A DNA stretch of 64,000 bases, taken from an uncultured Gemmatimonadales bacterium (lineage in GTDB: Bacteria; Gemmatimonadota; Gemmatimonadetes; Gemmatimonadales; Gemmatimonadaceae). Every line of letters starts with the position of its first letter. Within the stretch, counting starts at the first letter, position 1. Below the pieces are notes generated by a model. The model searched no databases. It worked only from the letters and a program-made list of their open reading frames with translations, and was not told the DNA's origin. Positions 40,844 through 50,361 of this stretch are shown piece by piece. Position numbers and translations under genes: made by a program. The stretch covers positions 640,001-704,000 of the forward strand of contig CAWBZV010000003.1 in the NCBI GenBank assembly GCA_963793305.1. Reading direction: 5' to 3'.

Positions 40844-42365
40844 TCACTTATGGCCGAGCTTGTTACGTACCCGATTCGTGCTGGGGGATGAGCCGGGCTG
40901 CCACGCAGGCGACGCCAACCCCGTGCTGTACGAGAGCGGGATCGTTTGCCCGGTCGTGGCGTTGATGAGATCGAAGAGACCCGTCGTCGTGTTTGTGGCG
41001 ACGATCCACTGCCCATCGGGCGACCAATCGAAACCGGCGTGATACACGGCGCTCGTGAGCACGCGATTGCCGCTCCCGTCGGGAGCAATGAGCGCGATCT
41101 GTCCCGTGCATCCGAACGGAGTCAGATACGCGATCGCTTTCCCGGTTGGCGACCATTCCGGTGACCACACGCTAGACTGAAGGCTGTCGCTCGTGCCGGT
41201 GCTCAGGTTCAGGATGAAGAGACTTGTTGTGACGTTTCCCGCGTTGACGTACGCAACCCGGCTGTTGTCGGGGGACGGCGCGGGATAGTAGTCGAGCGGT
41301 CCCGCTCCCCCCGCGATCAACGTGTCGCCGGTTCCGTCGATGTGGACGCGTCGCACCTCGCCGATGCCGATCCCCGCCTCCTCGTTCAGCTGGTAATAGA
41401 TCCACGTCCCATCGCCCGAATACGTGGGGTATGCATCGACGTAGTCACCGCCCTCGAAACCGCTCCCGTTCGCGATCACCTTCGTTGCGCCGTGCAGATC
41501 GGTCGTCGCGAGGATCTCCGTACCGCCCCGACATTGCGCGGACCCATCGAACGCGAGATGGGTTCCGGTCGGATCCCACTTGAACGTCTCCGGCCATCGT
41601 CCCCTGCAGAATCGTCTGCATCCCGGTGCCGTCGAGCTGGAACATCACGATCCCATTCCCCGTCGACGCGGCCAATGCTCCGTGCGGGACGACGCCGATT
41701 GATGCGTTGGCGGCGACGCCGGCCTTCGGTGCAGCAATGTTCAGGGTGGCGTAACCCGGAGCGCCTGCTGTCGCCTTCGCACCGGACATCATCACGGGCC
41801 CAGAGTCGACGGTATAAATGAGCGAATCGCTCCGTGGATTCCCGAACCGGTCGACGGTGTACGAGCGGTACGTGAACGATGCGCCGGTGAAGACGGTCGT
41901 GTCGGCTGGCGAGGCGACGAGCTGGAACGCGCCGCCGGGCAGCACCGTGAAGGTCGCGGTGTCGACGTACCCGAAGTCAGGCACGGTGATGACAACCAGC
42001 GCTGTTCCGGCCTGCGCGCCCATCGTGACGATGACGGACGCTGCCGTCGATGCATTTGTCGAATCCACCCACACCGAAGAACTTGGCGGGAGGAAGCCCC
42101 CGATCGGTGGGCCGAAATAGATCTGATACCCGAGCCGCTGGTTCGTGTCAGGAAGGGACGCGAAACGCACCTGGTGCCCCGACGGCGACTGGCCCCTGGG
42201 GATTTTGACAGCGATCACGAGGGGCTGGGACAGCGTCCCGAGAATCGTGTCCGATTGGCGATTGCCGGATACGAAAAGGATGTCGGTTGTCGCCTGCGGC
42301 CCCGTCGATCCGCTGCAGGCTGCCACCGTCAGCGCTGCCGCGACACCGTATCTGCGTAAACGCAA
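40844..42365 (-). CDS. Lipoprotein with Ig-like domains + PD40 beta-propeller (copy 1); +1 frameshift near 41583
   Basis: VAAC lipobox, GNRQSDT, VDRFGNPRSD. GGA GAC GTT CAA GTG becomes GDVKWDPTG on removing one base; continues YSGDGTWIYY, WSPDGQWI, IPLSYSTG. Start (TTG 42365) uncertain. Confidence 0.8.
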
Positions 42366-42412
42366 GGAGGCCCCCTGAAGAGGCCTCCAAAATACGGTTG
42401 TGTACGCTGCGT

Positions 42413-43162
42413 TTACAACTCGTCGCAGGCCACTTGGTCGCGGTCGACGGTGCGGCCGAGGCCCGAGGCATCGAGCTCGCCGCGCCACATGACGCAGGCT
42501 TTGCCGGGGAAGAGGACGAACGACGCTTTCGCGGCCCAGCCGCCATCGGTGGCCGCGACGATCGCGACCGACACGCCTGGGTCCCAGGTGAACGGCTCGA
42601 GCTTCGACGCGTCTATCGTGTAGTGGCCGTTCAAGGCGGCGTACTTCTCTTCGCTCTTGGCGAGCTTCCGGAGCGCGAACGCCATGTAGCTCTGCGCGGC
42701 CGCCGCCCACTCGGCGCGCTGGCTCAAGCCATCGCCGTCGCAGGCGACTTCGGCTTCCGGAAATGTCTTGCGCTCGGACTCGGTCGACGGGCGATCGCTC
42801 CTGTCAATCGATCCGATCCAGATCACGCACGAGCGTCCCACACCGGCGCCAACGGGCATCGTCTCGATCGCGGCCCAGCCGTTCGATTGCGAGGATACGA
42901 TATCGACGTGCGCGCCGATCATGGGGTGGAACGTGGGGAGCAGCTGGATGTCGTTGGCGAACGTCTTATTGCCCGTTTCGTAGAGCTCTTGCGCCGTGAT
43001 CAGGTTGCGGAGGTCGCTCCGCATCTGGCCCATCGACGCGAGGTAGGCAGCGTCGGCCGCGGACTTGGCCTTGGGGACGACGGCGTTCGCACTGAGATGC
43101 GTGGACTGGGCGTGCGCCACGGCGGCGCACGCAACGAGGCAGCACAAAATCGAGCGGGTCAT
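42413..43162 (-). CDS. Secreted protein with two tandem pilin-like globular domains
   Basis: Sec signal (AVAHA|Q); MRSDLRNLITAQELY..GWAA..CVIWIG..VAC and MAFALRKLAKSEEKY..GWAA..CVMWRG..VAC, matching the head of the pilin at 34867. Confidence 0.75.
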   Translation of the reverse strand: MTRSILCCLVACAAVAHAQSTHLSANAVVPKAKSAADAAYLASMGQMRSDLRNLITAQELYETGNKTFANDIQLLPTFHPMIGAHVDIVSSQSNGWAAIETMPVGAGVGRSCVIWIGSIDRSDRPSTESERKTFPEAEVACDGDGLSQRAEWAAAAQSYMAFALRKLAKSEEKYAALNGHYTIDASKLEPFTWDPGVSVAIVAATDGGWAAKASFVLFPGKACVMWRGELDASGLGRTVDRDQVACDEL

Positions 43163-43199
43163 GCACTATAGATGGCCCGCTCGGGCCCCGGGTAACCAG

Positions 43200-43589
43200 T
43201 TACCCGACCGACGCGACCTTGAGGCGCTCGTTCAGGACTCGACGCATGCGCTGCAGCGTCGCCGGGTCATCGAGCTCGTCTTCGACGACGTGCGTGAGCA
43301 TCATCGCCGCCGAGCCGCGAAACAGTTTCTGCTTGAGATAGCGAATGCTCAACGTCGCGGCTGCGCGGCGGCTGACCGTTGGGGCGAACCGATGGGCCTT
43401 GCCTTCAACGGTGTGCGTCACATGGCGCTTGGCTTCGAGCACACGGAGCACCGTGAGAACAGTCGTATATGCGAGCCGGTCGGAGAGGCGTATCTGCACC
43501 TCGGCCGCTGTGGAAGGGCCATGCTCCCAGAGCACGTTCATCAGGTCCAACTCGCGATCGGTAAACACTACTTCCGAGAAGTCCACCAT
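43200..43589 (-). CDS. BlaI/MecI/CopY family repressor
   Basis: FTDRELDLMNVLW, LAYTTVLTVLRVLE.K, KLFRGS. Confidence 0.92.
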   Translation of the reverse strand: MVDFSEVVFTDRELDLMNVLWEHGPSTAAEVQIRLSDRLAYTTVLTVLRVLEAKRHVTHTVEGKAHRFAPTVSRRAAATLSIRYLKQKLFRGSAAMMLTHVVEDELDDPATLQRMRRVLNERLKVASVG

Positions 43590-43823
43590 AACACCTCTTA
43601 CGCGGTGCTCGAAATTCGAGTTTCAGTACTCTAGTTAGACGCGCAAAGCGGCGATTTCGTTTGCATCGAGTGCAAATCCCTGCGGGATTTCCCCTCGGTG
43701 CGAGCTGGGCCTGTGCGTGGCACAGTCCCAGGTTGCACCGATGCGCGCGGTTTGATCGCACCGATGCGCCGAGTTTGGGACGAAACTGTCCCACTATCGA
43801 ACACTCAACGAAATACGTGCAGC

Positions 43824-44441
43824 TCACCTGACGTTCGCAAGCGCCGTTCCCTGCCTGATGCCATGACTCGTAGAGTCATCATATGCGATCTGTGCAGCCC
43901 TCGTCGCGGCCGCCTCATCGCGCGACGCATACTCTGCCGCCGTATGCAGCTGATCACACGACCGCCCATGAATTCGCTCCAACGCCTGCGCGAGCTGCTC
44001 GGCTCCCCCGAGCGCAATCGCCCGGTGACCAAGCTCATGCCGCTCGAGCGCGCCGAGAAACCTTTCCCACTCGGCCCTCAACGCGGCCGAAGCATCACGT
44101 GGGATGTCCCATACCGGGAGGATTATCGTCACGTCGAGCGCGACTGTGACGTCACTGATACGACATGACCGCCCGTCACTCCGGTATTCGAGCGACGCCT
44201 TCCTGTCAGATCTGGTCAGCGCTGGCGCGATCTCGTCCGCATCATGCGGCCCAAGCGCCTGCATCTGCGCGGCGAGCGCTTCAGTCGATGCACCGTGAAT
44301 GACATATCGCTCATATCGGCGCGTCTCGTGTACGCCCACAGGCGACGGGACGAGCGCGACGAGCGCCGCGCGCGGGATATCAGAAGGCTCCTGGGCCGAG
44401 AGAGCCCGGGAGAGGCAGAGTAGGAAGATCAGCGTTCGCAT
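43824..44441 (-). CDS. Secreted DUF922-like putative Zn protease
   Basis: Signal peptide; Y.IHG.S...L...M...GP; LP.W; W..F...LERHELGH (HExxH). Confidence 0.8.
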   Translation of the reverse strand: MRTLIFLLCLSRALSAQEPSDIPRAALVALVPSPVGVHETRRYERYVIHGASTEALAAQMQALGPHDADEIAPALTRSDRKASLEYRSDGRSCRISDVTVALDVTIILPVWDIPRDASAALRAEWERFLGALERHELGHRAIALGGAEQLAQALERIHGRSCDQLHTAAEYASRDEAAATRAAQIAYDDSTSHGIRQGTALANVR

Positions 44442-44454
44442 CGGGACGTCCACC

Positions 44455-44488
44455 GAACTCGTAGGTTTGCTCCGCAACCTGCAAGTTC
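44455..44488. terminator. Imperfect hairpin downstream of the serine-cycle cluster
   Basis: GAACTCGTAGGTTTGC-TCC-GCAACCTGCAAGTTC, 30 nt past stop 44518; no clear U-tract. Confidence 0.35.
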
Positions 44489-44517
44489 GATCGGTTGCAC
44501 GAGCTCGCTGCGCTCGC

Positions 44518-45486
44518 TTACGCCACGCGATCCCTCGGCGCCTTCCCGGCGAAGAACTGCACGAGGTTATCGATGGCCCGCTCACCCATGGCGACACGGG
44601 TGTCGGTGGTCGCGCTGCCGAGGTGCGGCAGCAACACGACGTTATCGAGTCCGAGCAGCGCGGGGGTCACGGTCGGCTCCTTCTCGAACACGTCGAGCCC
44701 CGCCCCGGCAATTCGCTTGGCCTTCAACGCCTCGGCCAGCGCCAACTCGTCGACCACGTCCCCTCGCGCGGTATTGATCAAGATCGCGTGCGGCGGCATA
44801 AGCGCGAGCGTCTGGGCGTTGATCATGTGCCGCGTCTCGGGCGTCGCGGGCGCATGCAGCGACACAAAATCGCTCTCGCGTAGCACGTCCTCGATCGAGG
44901 CCCGCGGCTCTGCTCCGAGCGCCTTGGCTTCCCCAATGGGTACCGGTGGGTCGAAGTAGAGCACGCGCATATTGAATCCGTCATGCGCGCGTTTCGCCAC
45001 CGCCCTGCCAATCCGCCCCAACCCCAGGATGCCGAGCGTCTTGCCGCTGACCCGTGTGCCGAGATGATGCGTCGGCCGCCACCCGGTCCACGCCCCAGAG
45101 CGCACCTCGCGCTCACCTTCGCCCAGCCGCCGCGCGGCCATGAGCATCAGCGCGATGGCCAGATCGGCGGTGTCGTCCGTGAGCACATTCGGCGTGTTCG
45201 TCACGACGACATTGTTCTTCTGCGCGGCAGCAATGTCGATATTGTTGTACCCGACACCGAAATTGGCGACGATTCTGACCCGTCGTCCCGGAGTACCGAG
45301 AACAGCGGCCGTGATCTTGTCGGTCACCGTCGGCATGAGCCCATCAGCGCATTGCATCGCTTCGACTAGCTGCGTCGCACTCATGGGCGTGTCTGATGGA
45401 TTGAGCCGCACATCAAACAACTCCCCGGCGTGCTTCTCGACGGCAACGGGTACGCGCCGGGTGATGACCACGATTGGTTTGCTCAC
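44518..45486 (-). CDS. D-2-hydroxyacid dehydrogenase (glyoxylate/hydroxypyruvate reductase, GyaR-like)
   Basis: [52 protein letters not shown]. Confidence 0.9.
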   Translation of the reverse strand: MSKPIVVITRRVPVAVEKHAGELFDVRLNPSDTPMSATQLVEAMQCADGLMPTVTDKITAAVLGTPGRRVRIVANFGVGYNNIDIAAAQKNNVVVTNTPNVLTDDTADLAIALMLMAARRLGEGEREVRSGAWTGWRPTHHLGTRVSGKTLGILGLGRIGRAVAKRAHDGFNMRVLYFDPPVPIGEAKALGAEPRASIEDVLRESDFVSLHAPATPETRHMINAQTLALMPPHAILINTARGDVVDELALAEALKAKRIAGAGLDVFEKEPTVTPALLGLDNVVLLPHLGSATTDTRVAMGERAIDNLVQFFAGKAPRDRVA

Positions 45487-46364
45487 GCCAACACCCTCGC
45501 CATAGTCGTGCCGAGCTCGGACGGACTCGGCGCCACCTGCAGTCCCGATGCCCGCATAATCTCGGCCTTCTCGGCCGCGCTATCGCCAAACGCCGAGATG
45601 ATGGCCCCCGCATGCCCCATGCGCCGACCGGCGGGCGCCGAGAGACCCGCGACATAGCCGACGACGGGTTTCGTCATGTTGCCCTTGACCCACTGCGCCG
45701 CCTCGGCCTCCTGCGGGCCGCCGATCTCGCCGATCATGAGCACGGCGTCGGTATCGGGGTCGTTCTCGAACAGCTGCAAAATGTCCAGAAACGACGACCC
45801 GTTGATCGGATCGCCGCCGATGCCGACGCTCGTCGAGACGCCAATGCCGACGGCCGCCATCTGCGACGCGGCTTCGTAGCCGAGGGTACCGGAGCGCGAG
45901 ACGATGCCGACGCGGCCGGGGCGATAAATGTGGGGCGGCATGATGCCGATGAACGCCTTGCCCGGGCTGATGATTCCGGCGCAGTTCGGGCCGATCAGCG
46001 TCGAGCGCTTCTCTTTCGGATAGCGCCTGAGATAGCGCTTGACGCGCATCATGTCTTGCGCCGGGATGCCGTCGGTGATCGCGACGATCAACCGGAGTCC
46101 CGCGTCCGCGGCTTCCATGATGGCGTCGGCCGTGAATGGGCCGGGGACGAAGATGCCACTGGCCGTCGCACCGGTCGCCGCGACGGCGGCCTTCACCGTG
46201 TTGAACACGGGCAACCCTAAGTGCGTCGTCCCGCCTTTGCCCGGCGTCACGCCACCCACGAGACGTGTCCCGTAGCTAATAGTCTCTTTCGCGTGAAACG
46301 TCGCCTTGTCGCCGGTATACCCCTGAAAAATTACCGGCGTGGATTGATCAATGAGTATGCTCAT
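45483..46364 (-). CDS. mtkB: Malate-CoA ligase (malate thiokinase) alpha subunit, SucD family
   Basis: [25 protein letters not shown] (MtkB-like), [21 protein letters not shown]; adjacent to mcl/sga. Confidence 0.8.
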   Translation of the reverse strand: MSILIDQSTPVIFQGYTGDKATFHAKETISYGTRLVGGVTPGKGGTTHLGLPVFNTVKAAVAATGATASGIFVPGPFTADAIMEAADAGLRLIVAITDGIPAQDMMRVKRYLRRYPKEKRSTLIGPNCAGIISPGKAFIGIMPPHIYRPGRVGIVSRSGTLGYEAASQMAAVGIGVSTSVGIGGDPINGSSFLDILQLFENDPDTDAVLMIGEIGGPQEAEAAQWVKGNMTKPVVGYVAGLSAPAGRRMGHAGAIISAFGDSAAEKAEIMRASGLQVAPSPSELGTTMARVLA

Positions 46365-47556
46365 GGACGCGAGGTGATGCCCCATTAAGAGAGACGCGGT
46401 GCAGCGCATCGACCGCCTTGGCCGCGGCATCGGCCAGCGTGTCGGCATTCGTGATCGCGAGGCCGCTCTGTTTAAGAATCCGGCGCCCTTCGTCGACGTT
46501 GGTCCCGGCCAGCCGCGCAATGATCGGAACGGTGAGTGACAGTTCTCTCGCGGCCTGCACTACACCCTGCGCGACCCAGTCACACCGGTTGATACCGGCA
46601 AAGATGTTCACGAGCACGACTTTGACGTGAGGGTCTGATAGCACGAGCCTGAACGCGGCCGCGACACGCTCTGGTGAGGCACCCCCACCCACGTCCAGAA
46701 AATTGGCTGGCTCGGCCCCGGCGAGCTTGATCATATCCATAGTAGCCATGGCCAGCCCCGCACCATTGACAATGCAGCCGATCTCCCCAGTGAGCCCCAC
46801 GTAATTGAGGCCATACTTCGATGCCTCGGCCTCCCGGGGATCCTCTTCGGTGTAGTCGCGGAGCTCCCGGACCGTAGGCCGCCGAAACAGCGCATTATCG
46901 TCGAACTGCATCTTCGCGTCGAGCGCCAACACGTGCCCGTCTTGCGTGACGGCCAACGGGTTGATCTCGACCATCGTCGCGTCGAGATCCCGGAACGCCC
47001 GATAGGCGCCGAGGATCGCGCGTGTAGCGTCCGGGACTTGAGTCGCCTCCAGCCCGAGCCCGAAACACAGCTCGCGCGCTTGGAAGGCCTGCATGCCGAC
47101 CGCCGGCTCGATGACCTCGCGCACGAGCGTCTCCGGCCGCTGCGCCGCGATGTCCTCGATCTCCATGCCGCCCTCGGCCGTCGCCAGCACGCACACCCGC
47201 TCGGCGCGGCGATCGAGCACGAACCCGACATAAAGCTCTCGCGCGATCGGGACCGCGGCCTCGATATAGAGTCGCTGAACGAGCTTCCCCTTGGGGCCTG
47301 TTTGCTTGGTGACGAGCACGCGGCCCAAGAGATCGGCGGCCGCCGCATGCACTTCGTGCTCGGTCGAGCAGATGCGCACGCCGCCCGCTTGCCCGCGCCC
47401 GCCCGAGTGGATCTGCGCCTTGATCACCCAGCGATTGCCGCCGATCTCGCGCGCGCAGTACACGGCCTGGTCGGCCGTATACGCGACGTTGCCGCGGGGG
47501 ATCGGCACGCCAAAGTTGGCCAGCAGCTCTTTCGCCTGGTACTCGTGAATGTCCAT
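46348..47556 (-). CDS. mtkA: Malate-CoA ligase (malate thiokinase) beta subunit, SucC family
   Basis: [54 protein letters not shown] (Mtk-type rather than the SucC GGIxRCD). Confidence 0.82.
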   Translation of the reverse strand: MDIHEYQAKELLANFGVPIPRGNVAYTADQAVYCAREIGGNRWVIKAQIHSGGRGQAGGVRICSTEHEVHAAAADLLGRVLVTKQTGPKGKLVQRLYIEAAVPIARELYVGFVLDRRAERVCVLATAEGGMEIEDIAAQRPETLVREVIEPAVGMQAFQARELCFGLGLEATQVPDATRAILGAYRAFRDLDATMVEINPLAVTQDGHVLALDAKMQFDDNALFRRPTVRELRDYTEEDPREAEASKYGLNYVGLTGEIGCIVNGAGLAMATMDMIKLAGAEPANFLDVGGGASPERVAAAFRLVLSDPHVKVVLVNIFAGINRCDWVAQGVVQAARELSLTVPIIARLAGTNVDEGRRILKQSGLAITNADTLADAAAKAVDALHRVSLNGASPRVHEHTH

Positions 47557-47558
47557 GA

Positions 47559-48455
47559 TCAGCTCCCTGCTATCTGGACCACATTCTGAGCCATCCGCGC
47601 CGAGGCGGCGTCGATCATTTTGCCATCGAGCTGTGCGGCGCCTTTGCCGTCCCGTTGCGCCTCTTCGACCGCGATCAAGATTCTCCTGGCCCGGTCGACC
47701 TCGGCCGGTGTCGGCGTGAACACCTCGTTGGCCAGCGCGACCTGGGTCGGGTGGATCGCCCACTTGCCCTCGGCCCCCAACGCCGCCGCGCGCCGGGCAG
47801 CCGCTACGAATCCATTGGGATCCTTGAAGTCCCCGAATGGTCCATTGATCGGCCGCAACCCATAGGCTCGGCATGCAGTGATCATGCGAGCGAGGCCGAA
47901 ATGCCACTGGTCGCCGGGGTAATCGGGATTGAGCCCGCCAATACTGACCGTTCTCGCCCGAAGACTCGCGGCCAGGTCGGCTACACCGAAATGCATAGCT
48001 TCGAGCCGCCGACTCGATTGCGCGATGGTCTCGACGTTGGCGAGCCCTAACGCCGTCTCGATCAGCACCTCGATGCCGATGCGCTTCGCGAACCCCTTGG
48101 CGTCTTCGATCTGCGTGAGCATGGTCTCGACCATGTACACGTCACCAGTCGTCCCGACTTTGGGGATCAGCACCGTGTCGAGCCGGTCCCCAGCGGCCTC
48201 AATGACCTCGACGACGTTGCGATACATGTAATGCGTATCAAGGCCATTGATCCGGAGCGACACGGTCTTTCCGCGTCCACGCCAGTCGTGCTCTTTGAGC
48301 CCCGCGACGGCCAGCGCGCGCGCACCAACCTTCTCGGCCGGCGCCACGGCGTCCTCGAGATCGAGGAACACGTAATCGGCATCGGAGGCGAGGGCCTTGG
48401 CGAACAGCTCCGGCCGCGAGGCCGGCACGGCCAACTCGCTCCGCTGGCGCCTCAT
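47559..48455 (-). CDS. mcl: L-malyl-CoA/beta-methylmalyl-CoA lyase (CitE/HpcH fold)
   Basis: [63 protein letters not shown]. Confidence 0.9.
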   Translation of the reverse strand: MRRQRSELAVPASRPELFAKALASDADYVFLDLEDAVAPAEKVGARALAVAGLKEHDWRGRGKTVSLRINGLDTHYMYRNVVEVIEAAGDRLDTVLIPKVGTTGDVYMVETMLTQIEDAKGFAKRIGIEVLIETALGLANVETIAQSSRRLEAMHFGVADLAASLRARTVSIGGLNPDYPGDQWHFGLARMITACRAYGLRPINGPFGDFKDPNGFVAAARRAAALGAEGKWAIHPTQVALANEVFTPTPAEVDRARRILIAVEEAQRDGKGAAQLDGKMIDAASARMAQNVVQIAGS

Positions 48456-49660
48456 GCCGCGGCCTTGACCGCGTTCGCGTCAACCTTCGCGTGCGTCACG
48501 CCATGACGCCAGAACTCTCCCGCGGCGGCGACGCCCGACCCCGGAGTGACGTCGATACCGACGTCGCGCATGGCCATCTCGGAGCCCGCGATCGCGCTCA
48601 TCAGCATGAGCTCGTTCAGATCGCCGAGGTGCCCGATGCGAAACAGCTTTCCCGCGACCTCGCTCAGTCCCGCACCAATCGCGAGGTTGTACTTCTTGAA
48701 GGCCACGTCGATGACGTCGGCCGCGTTGTATCCAACGGGTGTCATGATGGCGCTCACGGTATCCGAGTACCATTTCGGATCCTTCGCGCAAAGCTTTAGT
48801 CCCCACGCGCTCACCGCACGCCGTGTCCCCTCGGCCAACCGGTGGTGTCGCGCATACACATTCTCCAGTCCCTCCTCAAACAGAATGTCGAGAGACTCCC
48901 GTAGCCCATACAGGAGAGGGATGGACGGTGTATAGGGGAAGTAGCCGGTTGCATTGGCCTTGATCTGATCGGCAAAATCAAAAAACACACGGGCGCACTT
49001 GGCAGTCGACAGTTGCGCCAATGCTTTCTGACTCATGGCCACGAGGCCGAGTCCAGCGGGTAGCATGAACCCTTTTTGCGACCCAGTAATGGCCGCATCA
49101 ACCCCCCATTCATCCATGAAGAAGGGCAAGCTGCCAATCGCGCTCACGCCGTCGACGTACAGCAGCGCCGGATGCTTGGCGGCATCGATCGCCCGGCGAA
49201 CCGCTGCTATGTCACTGGTGACACCAGTGGCGGTTTCGTTGTGCACGACGAGCACGCCCTTGATCTCGTGCGCGGAGTCCGCGCGGAGAGCTTCTTCGAT
49301 ACGCTCGGCCGGTGCTCCTTCACCCCACGGCGTCTGCATGACGTCGACCTTGAGCCCGAGCCGCTGCGCACAGTCGATGAAGAGATGGCTGAACTGCCCA
49401 TAGCGCGGCGCCAGGAGCCGATCGCCCGGCGAGCGCGTATTGACGAGCGCAGCCTCCCACATGCCAGTACCGGTGGCCGGAAACGCGAACGCCTGCCCGC
49501 TCTCGGTGCGAAAGACCTTCTTGAGGTCTTCAAAGATCCCTTTTGGCAGCGCGGGGAACGCCGAAGACCGATGGTCCTCCATCGCCCGATGCATTGTTCG
49601 CAGGATGCGATCGGGAACGTTCGTGGGACCGGGGACAAAGAGATGGTTTCTGCCGGGCAT
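48452..49660 (-). CDS. sgaA: Serine-glyoxylate aminotransferase (class V PLP)
   Basis: GRNHLFVPGPTN.PDR, EDHRS, GQFSHL, HNETATGVTS, GSQKG, GYFPYTP, FRIGHLGDLNEL, PGSGVAAA; closely follows methylotroph SgaA as I recall it. Confidence 0.92.
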   Translation of the reverse strand: MPGRNHLFVPGPTNVPDRILRTMHRAMEDHRSSAFPALPKGIFEDLKKVFRTESGQAFAFPATGTGMWEAALVNTRSPGDRLLAPRYGQFSHLFIDCAQRLGLKVDVMQTPWGEGAPAERIEEALRADSAHEIKGVLVVHNETATGVTSDIAAVRRAIDAAKHPALLYVDGVSAIGSLPFFMDEWGVDAAITGSQKGFMLPAGLGLVAMSQKALAQLSTAKCARVFFDFADQIKANATGYFPYTPSIPLLYGLRESLDILFEEGLENVYARHHRLAEGTRRAVSAWGLKLCAKDPKWYSDTVSAIMTPVGYNAADVIDVAFKKYNLAIGAGLSEVAGKLFRIGHLGDLNELMLMSAIAGSEMAMRDVGIDVTPGSGVAAAGEFWRHGVTHAKVDANAVKAAA

Positions 49661-49673
49661 TGTCGCCTCTAAG

Positions 49674-49715
49674 GTGAGAGAGGGCCCCCCCGCGCGTGCG
49701 GGGGGACCCTCTCAC
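49674..49715. promoter_or_regulatory. Strong GC hairpin immediately upstream of the sgaA RBS
   Basis: GTGAGAGAGGGCCCCCCCGC-GCGT-GCGGGGGGACCCTCTCAC, about 18 bp stem, 13 nt from the sgaA ATG. Confidence 0.55.
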
Positions 49716-49732
49716 ATAAGTATTCGCGGCTT

Positions 49733-49921
49733 CTATCGAACCAGCTGTTCGACCTCCGCGGCCTTGCAATGGTCTTCGTGGTCCGGATACGCTCTGCTGC
49801 AGTGCACGCACACTTCGCCAAATCCGGTGCGTTTCCAGACGAGATAGTACACGGCACGCTGCAGCGATTTGATGCGCTCGTTCAGCTGCTTCAGGTCGGT
49901 GTCGCTGTCCGGGGGAGTCAT
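49733..49921 (-). CDS. Small 62-aa protein with CxxC..H..C
   Basis: AGGA before ATG; helical N-terminus, then CVHC...DHEDHC; fills the intergenic gap. Confidence 0.55.
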   Translation of the reverse strand: MTPPDSDTDLKQLNERIKSLQRAVYYLVWKRTGFGEVCVHCSRAYPDHEDHCKAAEVEQLVR

Positions 49922-49968
49922 GTCCTAGAGTATCACCATGGTGAAAGTGGCGGTAGTACCCGAACGTG

Positions 49969-50361
49969 TCATAAGAAGCGCGCTCGTAGCTCAGGCGTAG
50001 GAATCATGCACGACGAGCGCCGGCCAAACCAGCGGTAACGGTTCCGTGCAATAAGCCGATAGACGGCGTCACGCAAAACCCTCGGCACGACGAGGAACGC
50101 CGACGCCAGCGACCAGGCACCGCTCAATCGCCTCGCAATACGCAATGCAGCCGTCGATTGGTCATAGATGGCGTCTTTCTCGACCAGAATGATGCTGTCA
50201 CTGGTGGCCGTGGCCCGCCGCTCCCGCAACAGCTCGTTCGCGGCGTCACTGCCCAATGGCGCGAACGCAAAGCGGGCGTGCGGGTCCCGTTGAATGACAA
50301 ACCGCACCGACGCGTTGCACAGATTGCAGACGCCATCGAACAAAATTACCGATTCGGCCAC
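49969..50361 (-). CDS. DCC1-like thiol-disulfide oxidoreductase (DUF393)
   Basis: ILFDGVCNLCN, RD..Y..IARNRYRWFG...C..P. Confidence 0.92.
   Translation of the reverse strand: MAESVILFDGVCNLCNASVRFVIQRDPHARFAFAPLGSDAANELLRERRATATSDSIILVEKDAIYDQSTAALRIARRLSGAWSLASAFLVVPRVLRDAVYRLIARNRYRWFGRRSSCMIPTPELRARFL

Noticed and set aside
37922..42365. Genuine tolB genes of a Tol-Pal system
   Set aside because: No TolB N-terminal domain, lipobox plus Ig domains instead, and no tolQRA/pal neighbours.
43200..43589. Beta-lactam resistance locus
   Set aside because: No beta-lactamase, PBP or BlaR1 gene is adjacent.
45483..47556. Ordinary TCA-cycle sucCD
   Set aside because: Mtk-like sequence features and coupling to mcl and sgaA favour malate thiokinase; only a phylogeny would settle it.
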